Positions 52,481 to 62,270 are shown, counted from the whole stretch's first letter. The stretch: DNA of 63,142 nt, filler included, from Candidatus Zapsychrus exili (GCA_030765585.1; 11 parts of 11 records of this genome joined end to end with filler, not necessarily neighbours in it), one strand, 5' to 3'. Program-made: numbers and translations. The notes: generated from the letters alone by a model not told the origin.

Positions 52481-54148
52481 TTAGCTATTCTCAAGAAGTT
52501 TTCTTGATACAAAATTCTGATACATTCGTCTATCAAAACACCCCACAATAGACCCCATATCATCCACCACAGGAAGAAACCCTAATCTGCGCTTATCCAT
52601 ATACTGCTTGGCGTCATATAAAGAAGCTGATTTCTTAATTGAGTGCTCAAAAGGTTTTTTAATATCAAACCCCAACAAAAAAGAAGCATCTCCTCCGAAC
52701 TGAAGGGAATCCTTAATGCTTTCAATATTGATAACACCACTCAGTTTTCCATTATCATCCGCTACAGGATACTGCGTATAAGGACTATCTGAAAAAACAT
52801 TGAGAATCGCCTGAATTGGAGTGCTGTTTTTAATAATTGGATACGATGCATCTAAGAGGTCCTCAACATTTATTGTGCAAATCAAATCTTGCTCTGTAAT
52901 ATTCTTTCCAATTTCCCCTGCTCTTGTAATAGCTAACTTAACGCAAGAAGGTCCTATTAGCTGAACCACAAATGTTGATACCGTTATGATAATAATGATC
53001 ATGTTTCCTATATTTTCAGGTAACATATGAGCAGCAACTATTGACAGACCAATCGCAACCCCTGCTTGGCTAAAAAGACATAAAGGCAAATTATTTCGCA
53101 CGGTTTCCTCTGCACCTGAAATTCTTGCCCCCAAGAAAGAACCAATCATTTTGCCAGAGGTCCTTCCAATAAGATACACAACAACGCACCCAGCTAAAAC
53201 TAAATTGAGATTCGAAATATCTAATTTCGCCCCAATAAGCACAAAAAACAATATAAATATCGGTGGAGTAAATTCTTCCACAAGACTAAACACCTGTTTA
53301 CTCATTTCAGGAAGACCGTTAGAAACAACTAAACCTAACACCATTGCTGCCAAAATCATACTTACATTCGTAGCAAGTGATAAGCCTAAAACAAACAAAA
53401 CTATCCCAACCAAGAAGACCAAAACCTTCCCTTTCTGATTATAATGCCTAAGAATTCTTACAAGCAAGAAACCAGACGCGCCCCCTACAAAAACAGCTCC
53501 GCCAATCTCATAAATTGGATGGACAAAAGCCATAAAAATACTTTCATGAACAGTTCCAAATATCCGAGAAGCAATGCTTGAAGCAACTGCAAATAACATA
53601 AGAGCTAGTGCATCATCAAGTGCAACAATCCCAAAAACCGTTGTCGTCAATGGTCCTTTTGCCTTATATTCCCACAATACATCTGTAGTCGCTGCAGGAG
53701 CTGTGGCTGATGATATTGCCCCCAACAAAAGTCCCAGCCCAATAGCAAGCTCCTTATCGTGAAAAAGAAAATAACCTGCGACGCTAATGAACAATGCCAC
53801 AAAAATAAAAGAGAATAGTCCTTCAAACAACAAAATTAAGATAAACTGCTTTCCATATTTCTTAAAAACATCCTTTTTTAGCTCACCCCCGATCATAAAG
53901 CCAATTAACCCTAATGCAAAATAATTAAACGGCTGCAATGTTCGGACTGTTGCTCCATCAATTATCTTAAAACCACTCTGTCCAAGGATAATCCCAATAA
54001 TAATATACCCCACAACCTGAGGAATCTTCATTTTCTGAAAGAGACGCCCCCCAATAGTACCTCCGAATAAAGCAAGCCCTAAGACAAAAAGAGTATTCAT
54101 GTGAAAATAAGATATGTTCTGAAATATAGAGATAATTTTTTCTATCAT
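52481..54148 (-). CDS. CPA2 cation:proton antiporter with C-terminal CBS pair
   Basis: IPQVVGYI, GFMIGGEL, ATAPA, VALDD, and CBS motifs YPVAD/LPVVD. Confidence 0.88.
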   Translation of the reverse strand: MIEKIISIFQNISYFHMNTLFVLGLALFGGTIGGRLFQKMKIPQVVGYIIIGIILGQSGFKIIDGATVRTLQPFNYFALGLIGFMIGGELKKDVFKKYGKQFILILLFEGLFSFIFVALFISVAGYFLFHDKELAIGLGLLLGAISSATAPAATTDVLWEYKAKGPLTTTVFGIVALDDALALMLFAVASSIASRIFGTVHESIFMAFVHPIYEIGGAVFVGGASGFLLVRILRHYNQKGKVLVFLVGIVLFVLGLSLATNVSMILAAMVLGLVVSNGLPEMSKQVFSLVEEFTPPIFILFFVLIGAKLDISNLNLVLAGCVVVYLIGRTSGKMIGSFLGARISGAEETVRNNLPLCLFSQAGVAIGLSIVAAHMLPENIGNMIIIIITVSTFVVQLIGPSCVKLAITRAGEIGKNITEQDLICTINVEDLLDASYPIIKNSTPIQAILNVFSDSPYTQYPVADDNGKLSGVINIESIKDSLQFGGDASFLLGFDIKKPFEHSIKKSASLYDAKQYMDKRRLGFLPVVDDMGSIVGCFDRRMYQNFVSRKLLENS

Positions 54149-54304
54149 AATTTTGATGCTCCAAAAAATAAAAAAATCGCAAGCCATTAAAATTAATAAC
54201 TTACGCTTTTAACAATATACTCTTAAACAAAATCTAATCAAGAATTATCTTTTATCAACAAATTGTCATATTTTAAATATATAAAATTACAACTGTCACT
54301 ATTT

Positions 54305-55684
54305 TTAAGCTTTTCCAACCTTAAAGTTTTTGCCTTTAATCTTACCTAAATTCAAATGCTCGATAGCATATTCTATTTTATCTTGCGTGATAGCTACATA
54401 ACTATTGATTTCTAAAATATGAATTTTTCCAACATCTGAACCTTTAAGCCCTGCTTCCCTGGTCAAAGCTCCCAAAATATCACCAGGACGCAGGTTATTC
54501 TTCCTGCCACCGCTAATATAAATGGTCGACATTGCTGGACACAAAACATTTGATTGCATCTTTTTCTCTTTATTTAACTCAGTGATTTGACAATCAATTT
54601 TTAAATATTTACTAATATTCTCAAGCATCCAACTGTCTTTATCCGTGTATAAACTAAGCGCTAACCCTTTTTTACCTGCGCGTCCTGTTCGCCCAATGCG
54701 ATGCACAAAAAGTTCCTGATTAGAAGGTAAATCATAATTAATAATTGCACTAACATCCTTTACATCAAGTCCACGAGAAACCAAGTCCGTCGCAACCAAA
54801 ATACGGCAACTTTTATTATCAAACTTCAGAAGAAACAATGTCCTTTCCTGTTGCTCTAAATCAGAATGGATCTGCAATACACTCATATTTTTACTATTAA
54901 GATACTCCGCAACTTTTTTGCAAGTCGCCTTACTATTACAAAAAATAATACAAGACTCAGGATTATACTTGCGCAATACCTGCAATAACGTATCATTCTT
55001 ATTTTCCGCCTTAAAAAATAATTTTTCAATTAGATTAGTTTGATGTTGAGAATCAATCGTGATCTGAACCACATCTTCTTGTATGCTCTCACTTAATTTC
55101 CTTATATCGTTAGGTAATGTCGCCGAGAACAACAATGTTTGACGGTTCCTTGGAGTAAACGCAGCAATACAATTAACCTCCTCAATACTTCCCATTTCAA
55201 GTAAACGATCTGCTTCGTCTAATACCAAAACCTTAATATCATCAGCCTTCAGTACACCTGTCTTGAACAATTTTAAAATACGCCCCATTGTACCTACAAC
55301 AACGTGAGCCCCTTGCTTTAAAGATTTAATCTTTATGCATTCTTTTGATCCTCCTGATATAGCCAGCACTTTAATGTTATTTGTAAAACGAGCCAGACGA
55401 CGTATCTCTAGAGCCACCTGTTGGGCCAATTCACGCGTTGGTACAAGGACTAAGCCCTGAGGTGTACAATTCGTTACATCCAATTTAGACAATATTCCTA
55501 AAGCGAATGCTGCTGTTTTACCACTACCGGTATTTGCCTGACCGATAAAGTCCTGGTTACTTAAAATAAACGGCAAGCCCTTCTCTTGAATAGGCGTCAT
55601 TTCCAAATAGCCCAATGACTTTAAGTTATCGAGCATTGCTTCATTCAAACCTACACTTTTAAAACTATTAGATACTTCACTCAT
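54305..55684 (-). CDS. dbpA: ATP-dependent RNA helicase DbpA
   Basis: DEAD, SAT, HRIGRTGRAG, and the DbpA RBD LRPGDILGALT. Confidence 0.92.
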   Translation of the reverse strand: MSEVSNSFKSVGLNEAMLDNLKSLGYLEMTPIQEKGLPFILSNQDFIGQANTGSGKTAAFALGILSKLDVTNCTPQGLVLVPTRELAQQVALEIRRLARFTNNIKVLAISGGSKECIKIKSLKQGAHVVVGTMGRILKLFKTGVLKADDIKVLVLDEADRLLEMGSIEEVNCIAAFTPRNRQTLLFSATLPNDIRKLSESIQEDVVQITIDSQHQTNLIEKLFFKAENKNDTLLQVLRKYNPESCIIFCNSKATCKKVAEYLNSKNMSVLQIHSDLEQQERTLFLLKFDNKSCRILVATDLVSRGLDVKDVSAIINYDLPSNQELFVHRIGRTGRAGKKGLALSLYTDKDSWMLENISKYLKIDCQITELNKEKKMQSNVLCPAMSTIYISGGRKNNLRPGDILGALTREAGLKGSDVGKIHILEINSYVAITQDKIEYAIEHLNLGKIKGKNFKVGKA

Positions 55685-55807
55685 ATGATCCTTTTTCTAA
55701 TTTCTGTATTAAATATTTATCTTAAAAGAACATCAACTTTTCTTGTCGCATAGGAAAGCATAGAATGTCGCTTTCTTTTTTTTAAGCTTCAAGGAATCTC
55801 AGCTTTT

Positions 55808-57082
55808 CTAATTGCGAGGCGGTAGCCGAGCTTTCTTGTTCCCTAGTTTATTAGCTGCAGCACGTGCTTTATCTTTCTTACTCATCCGCAAACCTTTGAG
55901 CGGGGCTTTACCTTTAACTTCTGCTATAGGCTCCCCGGTTAATTCAAAACCCTTAACAGATTCTCGTTGTAAATGAATTCGCGCTCGTTTTTCAATCAAA
56001 GCAAAATGCAACTGATCTTCATGCCCGATAAAAGTTATCGCCGTTCCTGCTTCTCCTGCCCTAGCAGTACGTCCAATTCGGTGGATATATACATCCGCTG
56101 AACGCGGCAGGTCATAATTAATCACATACGGCAATTTATCAATATCAATTCCACGAGCAGCTAGATCGGTTGCGACCAAACACTTAAATCTCTTATTCTT
56201 AAATTGACCTAATACATGCGTCCTATTCGCTTGAGTTAAGGCTCCGTGAAAAGTTTTTGTATCAATATTAGCCTTATTAAGCTTTGACGCTAAAATTTCA
56301 GCACCCCTCACACTTGCAACAAAAATCAGTACATGCTCCCAGTTTTCAGCTTGAATCAGATTCCGCAGCAAAGGCCCCCGATTAGTACGGTTGACTTCAA
56401 TCACCCGCTGATTAATCTGCAGAACGGTTGGCGTCACATCATCAATTTTAATGTGCAGAGCCTTAGAGCTGAAACTCTGCGCCAATTCCCTCACCTTATC
56501 GTCAATCGTTGCAGAAAATAATAAATTCTGCCTATTATGCGGTAACAATTTTAAGATCGATGCAAATTCTTTGGCGAATCCTAAATCAAACATCTTGTCG
56601 GCTTCATCAATAACAAAATATTTAAGAAAATCGAAATTTATTTGCTGACGCCGAACCAAGTCCAATAAACGTCCAGGTGTTGCCACAACAATATCTGCTC
56701 CAAAAATCACCCCTCTTAATTGAACATCAATATTCAATCCACCAACAAGCAATAACGTCCGCATTGGCTTGGTTAAATGTCGTCCGTAAATTTTGATAAA
56801 ACTTCCGACCTGCATTGCCAATTCACGCGTCGGGGTTAAAATAAGAAGCTTAATCATTTTTTGTTTTCCAACAGCATCAGTCTGTAGTAACTGTAAAAGT
56901 GGCAAAATAAAGGCCGCCGTTTTTCCCGTACCTGTCTTCGCTTCGGCAATAACATCCTTACCATTTAATATATGTGGAATAGACTGCGCTTGAATAGCCG
57001 TTGGTTGTTGATATCCAGCATGTCCAACAGACTCCAATAGATCCTTAGATAATCCTAATGTTTTAAATGACATGAGAGACAT
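55808..57082 (-). CDS. DEAD-box RNA helicase (RhlE-like)
   Basis: AKTGTGKT, PTRELA, DEAD, HRIGRTARAG, basic tail. Confidence 0.9.
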   Translation of the reverse strand: MSLMSFKTLGLSKDLLESVGHAGYQQPTAIQAQSIPHILNGKDVIAEAKTGTGKTAAFILPLLQLLQTDAVGKQKMIKLLILTPTRELAMQVGSFIKIYGRHLTKPMRTLLLVGGLNIDVQLRGVIFGADIVVATPGRLLDLVRRQQINFDFLKYFVIDEADKMFDLGFAKEFASILKLLPHNRQNLLFSATIDDKVRELAQSFSSKALHIKIDDVTPTVLQINQRVIEVNRTNRGPLLRNLIQAENWEHVLIFVASVRGAEILASKLNKANIDTKTFHGALTQANRTHVLGQFKNKRFKCLVATDLAARGIDIDKLPYVINYDLPRSADVYIHRIGRTARAGEAGTAITFIGHEDQLHFALIEKRARIHLQRESVKGFELTGEPIAEVKGKAPLKGLRMSKKDKARAAANKLGNKKARLPPRN

Positions 57083-57323
57083 AATAACTTAAAATATCTC
57101 TTATGTACATCAAAACATCCGATGACAGGGGAAATTTTTAACACCAATGTTTAAAGAGAAAAGCACTATTAAAAATTAAAGGGGACAGGTGTTAATGCTC
57201 ACTAATTAGGTAACTCTGGGAGGACACCTTGAAGCATGCCTACCTACAGGCAGGGACTCTGGTTGTTCGTTCTTGATCGAAAGAAACATAATGCATATTT
57301 ATAATATATCATCCTTCAACTCA

Positions 57324-57533
57324 AGCGATATTCAAGAAATGAATATCGCTAAAAGGTGTTGCTCGTCTAGAAATTGCTATGCTTCTGAGCAATTTCGTCT
57401 TCAAAGCAACACCGCGAAATACTAATAATATTATATCTTTTGCGGTTATGCTATCGTCAAAACGTTATTGCCTACTAGCAATAACATCTTAAGAGCATAA
57501 CCTTATAGAGACTAACCTTTCAGGTTAATCTCT
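57324..57533. repeat. Multi-hairpin quasi-palindromic element, copy C
   Basis: Hairpin 57324-57350, core 57354-57415 (61/62 identical to copy A), and a structurally equivalent right half 57442-57533. Confidence 0.85.
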
Positions 57534-57630
57534 TACTCCCCCAAGTGGACGAACTTTGCAACTTTTTGGAAGAATTTAAAACGTATTACCAATCAAATGA
57601 AGCAAGTAATTTGTTGAGCAAAATTTCTTA

Positions 57631-58167
57631 TTAAGCATCTCTGTCCCTTAAATAACAACTCATTACAAGAGAATCGTTGAATACTTCCGTTTTCGTATGC
57701 TTAAACTTGAGCTTCTGGTCAATTTCACCAAACAAAGGAATCCCTCTCCCAAGAAGAATTGGAATTTTATTAATAATCAACTCATCTATTAAATCCTCTT
57801 TCAAAAAACTCTGAATCAATTTACCACCATCAACATATAAATTCTTATATCCTTGACTGTTTAAATTCCGCACCACCTCCCGCATATCACCTTTTACAAT
57901 CTCTACTTTGTCTTTAAGATTCTCTGGGATTTCTGTGAGACTATTACTTACAACAAATACTGGCTTAGTGTAAAACCATTCGCCAAATGTTAAAACTTTC
58001 TCAAAAGTGCTTCGCCCCATCACTAAAGCATCAGTATTTTTCATTAACTCAGCATATCCATAATCAATCTTGTCTGGATTTGGCACTTCCATCAACCAAT
58101 CTATTCCACCATTTTCATCTGCGATGAATCCATCCAGACTCGTTGCTACAAATACATAATTAGACAT
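57631..58167 (-). CDS. Dihydrofolate reductase/RibD C-terminal family protein
   Basis: ATSLDGFIA, MGRSTFE, YVDGG, LIDEL, ILLGRGIPLF. Confidence 0.9.
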   Translation of the reverse strand: MSNYVFVATSLDGFIADENGGIDWLMEVPNPDKIDYGYAELMKNTDALVMGRSTFEKVLTFGEWFYTKPVFVVSNSLTEIPENLKDKVEIVKGDMREVVRNLNSQGYKNLYVDGGKLIQSFLKEDLIDELIINKIPILLGRGIPLFGEIDQKLKFKHTKTEVFNDSLVMSCYLRDRDA

Positions 58168-58189
58168 TCCTCAACCCTCCTTTTGAATT

Positions 58190-58218
58190 ATTCTACCCCA
58201 TACAAAAAGACGTTGCAA
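58190..58218 (-). promoter_or_regulatory. Sigma70-type promoter for the DHFR-family gene
   Basis: TTGCAA-17 nt-TAGAAT, overlapping hairpin 58211-58240. Confidence 0.65.
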
Positions 58219-58344
58219 CTATATATTAATAGTTACAACGCCTTATGATGCAAATTACTCCCCGAACGAGAGGGAAACACGAACTTTTTTCCTACTCTTG
58301 TTTACATTATTCAAAAAAATATACGGGATGAAAAACGATATTCA

Positions 58345-58671
58345 TTGAGTACTGACATACCACCTGAAAAGGTAAAAACCAATCCAATTATTGAGGCTAA
58401 AACAATTGAAGCCTTAATTGCAAAAAATACCGACTTTTCTAAAGTTAGAATTGCGAGGAAGTTAGGAACTTCTAGGGCAAGAGTTACTCAAATGCTTAAT
58501 CTACTACAGCTTGATCCTAAGATACAGAAACACATCATATTATCAGAAGATGCGTTCACAGAACGCCAGTTAAGACCACTCACAAGGTTAAAATGCTTCG
58601 AAAAACAAAGACAATTATTCAATAATATTCACCCCGCTTTCCATGGTTTGTGCGACCAAAATACGACTTAA
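58345..58671 (+). CDS. ParB-like HTH protein of the kind found beside serine recombinases
   Basis: IARKLGTSRARVTQMLNLLQL.P.IQ...TERQLRPL; the frame is open upstream to 58249. Confidence 0.6.
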   Translation: MSTDIPPEKVKTNPIIEAKTIEALIAKNTDFSKVRIARKLGTSRARVTQMLNLLQLDPKIQKHIILSEDAFTERQLRPLTRLKCFEKQRQLFNNIHPAFHGLCDQNTT

Positions 58672-58798
58672 ACACAAAGAGTTGCTTTAAAAATGTTAAC
58701 GGTTTTAGGTACGGTTTGATTTTGTTAATCGTGTATTATTCGTTTAGTAATCACATAATTCGACTTGGCAGATGACTTGTCCGGTCAAGCTCGATGTT

Positions 58799-59225
58799 TT
58801 ATGGCTGAACTTCCCAGTATCCGCCTTTATCTGGTCCAACTCTTTTAAGCAATCCTTTTTCCTGCAATGCTTTCAAATTATATTTAACTCCCGATTCCGT
58901 AATCACTTTAATGTTTTCAGCCATCTCTTCTCTGCTAGCTTGAGGATTTTCTTGCAAATACAAAAGCATATCTTTCTGTTTCTGGGTAGTTTTCTGGGTA
59001 GCTTTCTAGACAGTTTCCTGGATAGTTCCTTGGGTAGTTTTATCAGATGTTTTAAGCGAAAATTTAAGATCACGATAAAAAGTAACTCTAAAGAATTTTT
59101 CACTTTTAAAAACCGGCACCTTCAAGCCAGCATTTTTCATAAGACTCCGCATTTTCCGAATACCAGAACCAATGCGTTCAACTTTACCCATACGATGAAA
59201 CAAATCAGCAACAATCAAATTTCTT
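58799..59225 (-). pseudogene. C-terminal fragment of an AlbA/RecG-C-like HATPase-wHTH protein with an internal TAG
   Basis: RNLIVADLFHRMGKVERIGSGI...ETV*KATQKTTQ...GLLKRVGPDKGGYWEV; the N-terminus is missing. Confidence 0.78.
58981..59040. repeat. 12-bp x5 tandem repeat (coding xTxQ linker)
   Basis: TCTGGGTAGTTT, TCTGGGTAGCTT, TCTAGACAGTTT, CCTGGATAGTTC, CTTGGGTAGTTT. Confidence 0.85.
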
Positions 59226-59378
59226 TTTTTTAAAAACACTCTTAATTGAAGATACAGAAAAACATAACTTCTTTACAAAAAGAAAGCTGAGAAAGATTGC
59301 TTTAATAATTGACAAGAAACAGCAAATAATTGCTTTTCAGCACTTGAAACAAAGACTTGCTCAAATGTGAACCCTAAA

Positions 59379-59478
59379 NNNNNNNNNNNNNNNNNNNNNN
59401 NNNNNNNNNNNNNNNNNNNNNNTTAATTAATTAANNNNNNNNNNNNNNNNNNNNNNNNNNNNNNNNNNNNNNNNNNNN
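59379..59478. other. Artificial contig spacer
   Basis: N-linker-N. Confidence 0.99.
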
Positions 59479-60952
59479 CTGGGTTCCACATATGAAGCTG
59501 TCCGGACGAGCTCCAAACATTATTTCCAAAATGAGGATCCGCCCCTCCACCGGTTAAACCTAAAATAATTGCATCAAATTCAAAAGTACCAGTAAGTTTG
59601 CTTACAAGTGTATTAAATTCTAATATTTTAAAATTGACCTTCATTCCTAGTTTCTCTAAATCATAACGAATTATTCCAGCTATTTGAATTCTTTCAACCG
59701 CCCCAGCATTAGTGTATAAATTAAACTCAATTGCCTTACCCTGATCATCTTCTAAGACACCATCACCGTCTCTATCCAAATATCCTGCATCAGCTAAAAT
59801 TCCCTTGGCTTTCTCTAAATCATAATCGTACTTAACAACATCGTCGCTGTGCCAAAATCCTTTCGCAGGACTTATTGAAGAGTTCTGCGGATATCCTAAC
59901 CCATTCATTAAAATCTCAATAATTTTAGCTTTATCAATTGCGTACGCAACAGCTTTTCTAAAGCTAACATCAGAAAACCATCTTAATTTATGAGGTTCTA
60001 CAAATGGCTTTTGAAAATCAGAATTCAAACCTTGGTTCTGATTGAAGAAAACAAAATTTGTACCAAACCCAGGACCTGTATCGTAAACAGTAAAATCTCT
60101 ATTGTCTTCCTCTGGCTTAAGCAATGGATAGTCACTGCCACGAACTCCGTAATAATCTAATTCTCCGTCTAAAAACTTCAAAAGCGCTGTATCAGCATTT
60201 TGCACAATTAGATAAATAATGCCATCCAAGTAAGGCAGCGCATCTCCCTCTTTTGAATGTTTCCAGTACAAAGAATTTCTACCAAAAACTATTCGCTCAC
60301 CAGGTCTGTATTGAGAAAGTTTGAAAGGTCCAGTTCCTACGATTTCAGATGGATTGGTATCAATTCCCCAAGTAAAATTAAACTTGTTAGCATCTACTGC
60401 TTCTCTTAATTTATGCTCAGGCAATATCGCTTGACCCATCGACCTTAAAAAAGGTGCGAATTTAACAGGCAAAACAAACCGAACCGTGTAATCGTCTATT
60501 CTTTTAACTTCAAATATCTTTCCCTCAATTGCAAAGATATCTCGTGAAGAATTAGGGATTTTATCATTGTAAATAAGGTCATTAAAGGTAAAGACTACAT
60601 CATCTGCACTAAACTTTTCGCCATCGTTCCAGTAAACATCTTGACGCAAAATAAAATCCCACGTCAAGCCATCCTCGCTTACGGTCCAACTCCTCGCAAG
60701 ATTAGGTTCAACGCGAAGATTATGGGCATTTGTTTTTGTTAGACCTTCAAATATAAGACTTGTTACTGCTGTAGTGGATGTCTCTTTGGCTAGTATGTCA
60801 TTAAATGACTTTGGGTCTGATGTAGTAGATAGAACTAGCTTGCCTCCATACTTATAGTTGGAGTCAGCTGCTGCATAAGAGAAACATGCAAAAGATGCAG
60901 TTATTAAAAAAAGAACAAGGACATTTTTTAGTGAAAAGACTGCTCTTGTCAA
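59479..60952 (-). CDS. Peptide/oligopeptide ABC substrate-binding protein (family 5), 3'-truncated
   Basis: SDPKSFN, PNLARSW, WNDGEKFSADDVVFT, VGTGPF. Confidence 0.92.
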
Positions 60953-60987
60953 TTGGATAGAACCTTAATGTTAGAAAGAAGTTTATT

Positions 60988-61326
60988 TTATTCTACTATT
61001 GGAACTTCAGCTGGAGCTTCAACTGGAACCTCAGCCTGAACTTCTGCAACTTCTTGTGTTTGCTCTGTTTGAACTTCAACAGTATCTGGTATCAGTGATT
61101 TATCTTTTCTAGATGATATAAATGCAAGACTCAAAGATGTCACAAGAAAAACTATAGAAAGAACTGTTGTTCCTTTTATTAAAAATTCGTTTGTCTTTGC
61201 TCCAAACATAGACTCAGCTGATGAAAAAGCCTCGGTAAGCCCTCCTCCGCGACCAGATTGCATCAAAATCACAGTAACCAATAAAACACTGACTATAACA
61301 TGTGCAAAAATAATAAGACCTGTCAT
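60988..61326 (-). CDS. secG: Preprotein translocase subunit SecG
   Basis: VILMQSGRGGGL...FGA..NEFL.K.T. Confidence 0.92.
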   Translation of the reverse strand: MTGLIIFAHVIVSVLLVTVILMQSGRGGGLTEAFSSAESMFGAKTNEFLIKGTTVLSIVFLVTSLSLAFISSRKDKSLIPDTVEVQTEQTQEVAEVQAEVPVEAPAEVPIVE

Positions 61327-61362
61327 ATTTACCTCACTTGTTAACAATTTTAAATTTGTATT

Positions 61363-62118
61363 TTATATTGCGCCTTTTACAATACCTGTAAATAAATCAC
61401 TTTTTAAACTTGCTCCACCTACTAATGCGCCATCAATATCAGGCTGCGACATTAATTCTTTAACATTTTCTGGCTTAACACTTCCACCATATTGAAGACG
61501 AACACCATCTGCTATTTCTTGACTATATAATTTCGCTAGAAGATCACGAATAAATTTATGAACCTCTTGTGCTTGATCAGGAGTTGCTGTCTTGCCTGTA
61601 CCAATTGCCCAAACAGGCTCATATGCAAGAATTAGTTTGCTCATCTCCTCTGACGAAAGACCAGCTAAAGATTCTGTGCATTGTTTTTCTATTACATCAA
61701 AAGCTTGCCCAGCTTCTCTTTGTTCTAAAACCTCTCCAACGCATACAATAGGAGTAAGATCATGTGCTAAAGCTGCTTTAATCTTTTTATTTACAGTCTC
61801 GTTTGTTTCGCCAAAATACTGTCTTCTTTCAGAATGGCCTACAATAACGTATTGGGCTCCAGCTTTCTTGACAATTTCAGCTGATATCTCCCCTGTAAAC
61901 GCACCAGAATCTTCCCAATAAATATTTTGAGCACCTAAACCTATATTTGTATCAAGAATAATATCGCTTACGTCTCTCAAAGAAACAGACACAGGACAAA
62001 CAACAATATCAACTTCCGTCACATCTATTAATTCTCTTTTAAGAGCTGTTACAAGCTCCATTGCATCATCTGCCGTTTTATTTAATTTCCAATTTCCTGC
62101 TATGATTGGTTTGCGCAT
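61363..62118 (-). CDS. tpiA: Triosephosphate isomerase
   Basis: IIAGNWK, VGHSERR, AYEPVWAIGTG, YGGSV, LVGGASL. Start placed at MRKP after GAGGAG. Confidence 0.97.
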   Translation of the reverse strand: MRKPIIAGNWKLNKTADDAMELVTALKRELIDVTEVDIVVCPVSVSLRDVSDIILDTNIGLGAQNIYWEDSGAFTGEISAEIVKKAGAQYVIVGHSERRQYFGETNETVNKKIKAALAHDLTPIVCVGEVLEQREAGQAFDVIEKQCTESLAGLSSEEMSKLILAYEPVWAIGTGKTATPDQAQEVHKFIRDLLAKLYSQEIADGVRLQYGGSVKPENVKELMSQPDIDGALVGGASLKSDLFTGIVKGAI

Positions 62119-62137
62119 TTTTAATCTCCTCTTTTTA

Positions 62138-62246
62138 TTGTCATCCTCGCGTAAGCGGGGATCCATTGATCATTTAAAACATAGATTCCTGCCCGTAAAG
62201 GGACGTGGTCCCAACGGGACTTTACGTGCCTACGCAGGAATGACAA
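62138..62246. repeat. Paired REP-like palindromes with a nested hairpin insertion
   Basis: TTGTCATCCTCGCGTAAGCGGGGATCC ... GATTCCTG[insert]TGCCTACGCAGGAATGACAA. Confidence 0.78.
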
Positions 62247-62270
62247 GCTATTTTTTAATACTAAATAGTA

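Noticed and set aside
47524..57415. 62-bp repeats as a CRISPR array
   Set aside because: Copies are kilobases apart with genes between them, too long for CRISPR repeats, and no cas genes are present.
58735..58775. Possible dif/Xer site (TTATGTGATT on the minus strand)
   Set aside because: Only a weak XerD-like half, with no convincing XerC arm.
33562..59008. Possible TAG-to-Gln recoding suggested by two in-frame TAGs
   Set aside because: TAG is the genuine stop of hisA, yajC, the porin and other full-length genes here, so point lesions are the simpler explanation.
59240..59370. Short + strand frame LIEDTEKHNFF...LAQM*, possibly a transposase tail
   Set aside because: No start, motif or terminal repeat that I can support.
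62119..62166. N-terminal extension MDPRLREDD... on TpiA
   Set aside because: It is the translation of the REP palindrome. The RBS supports the start at 62118.
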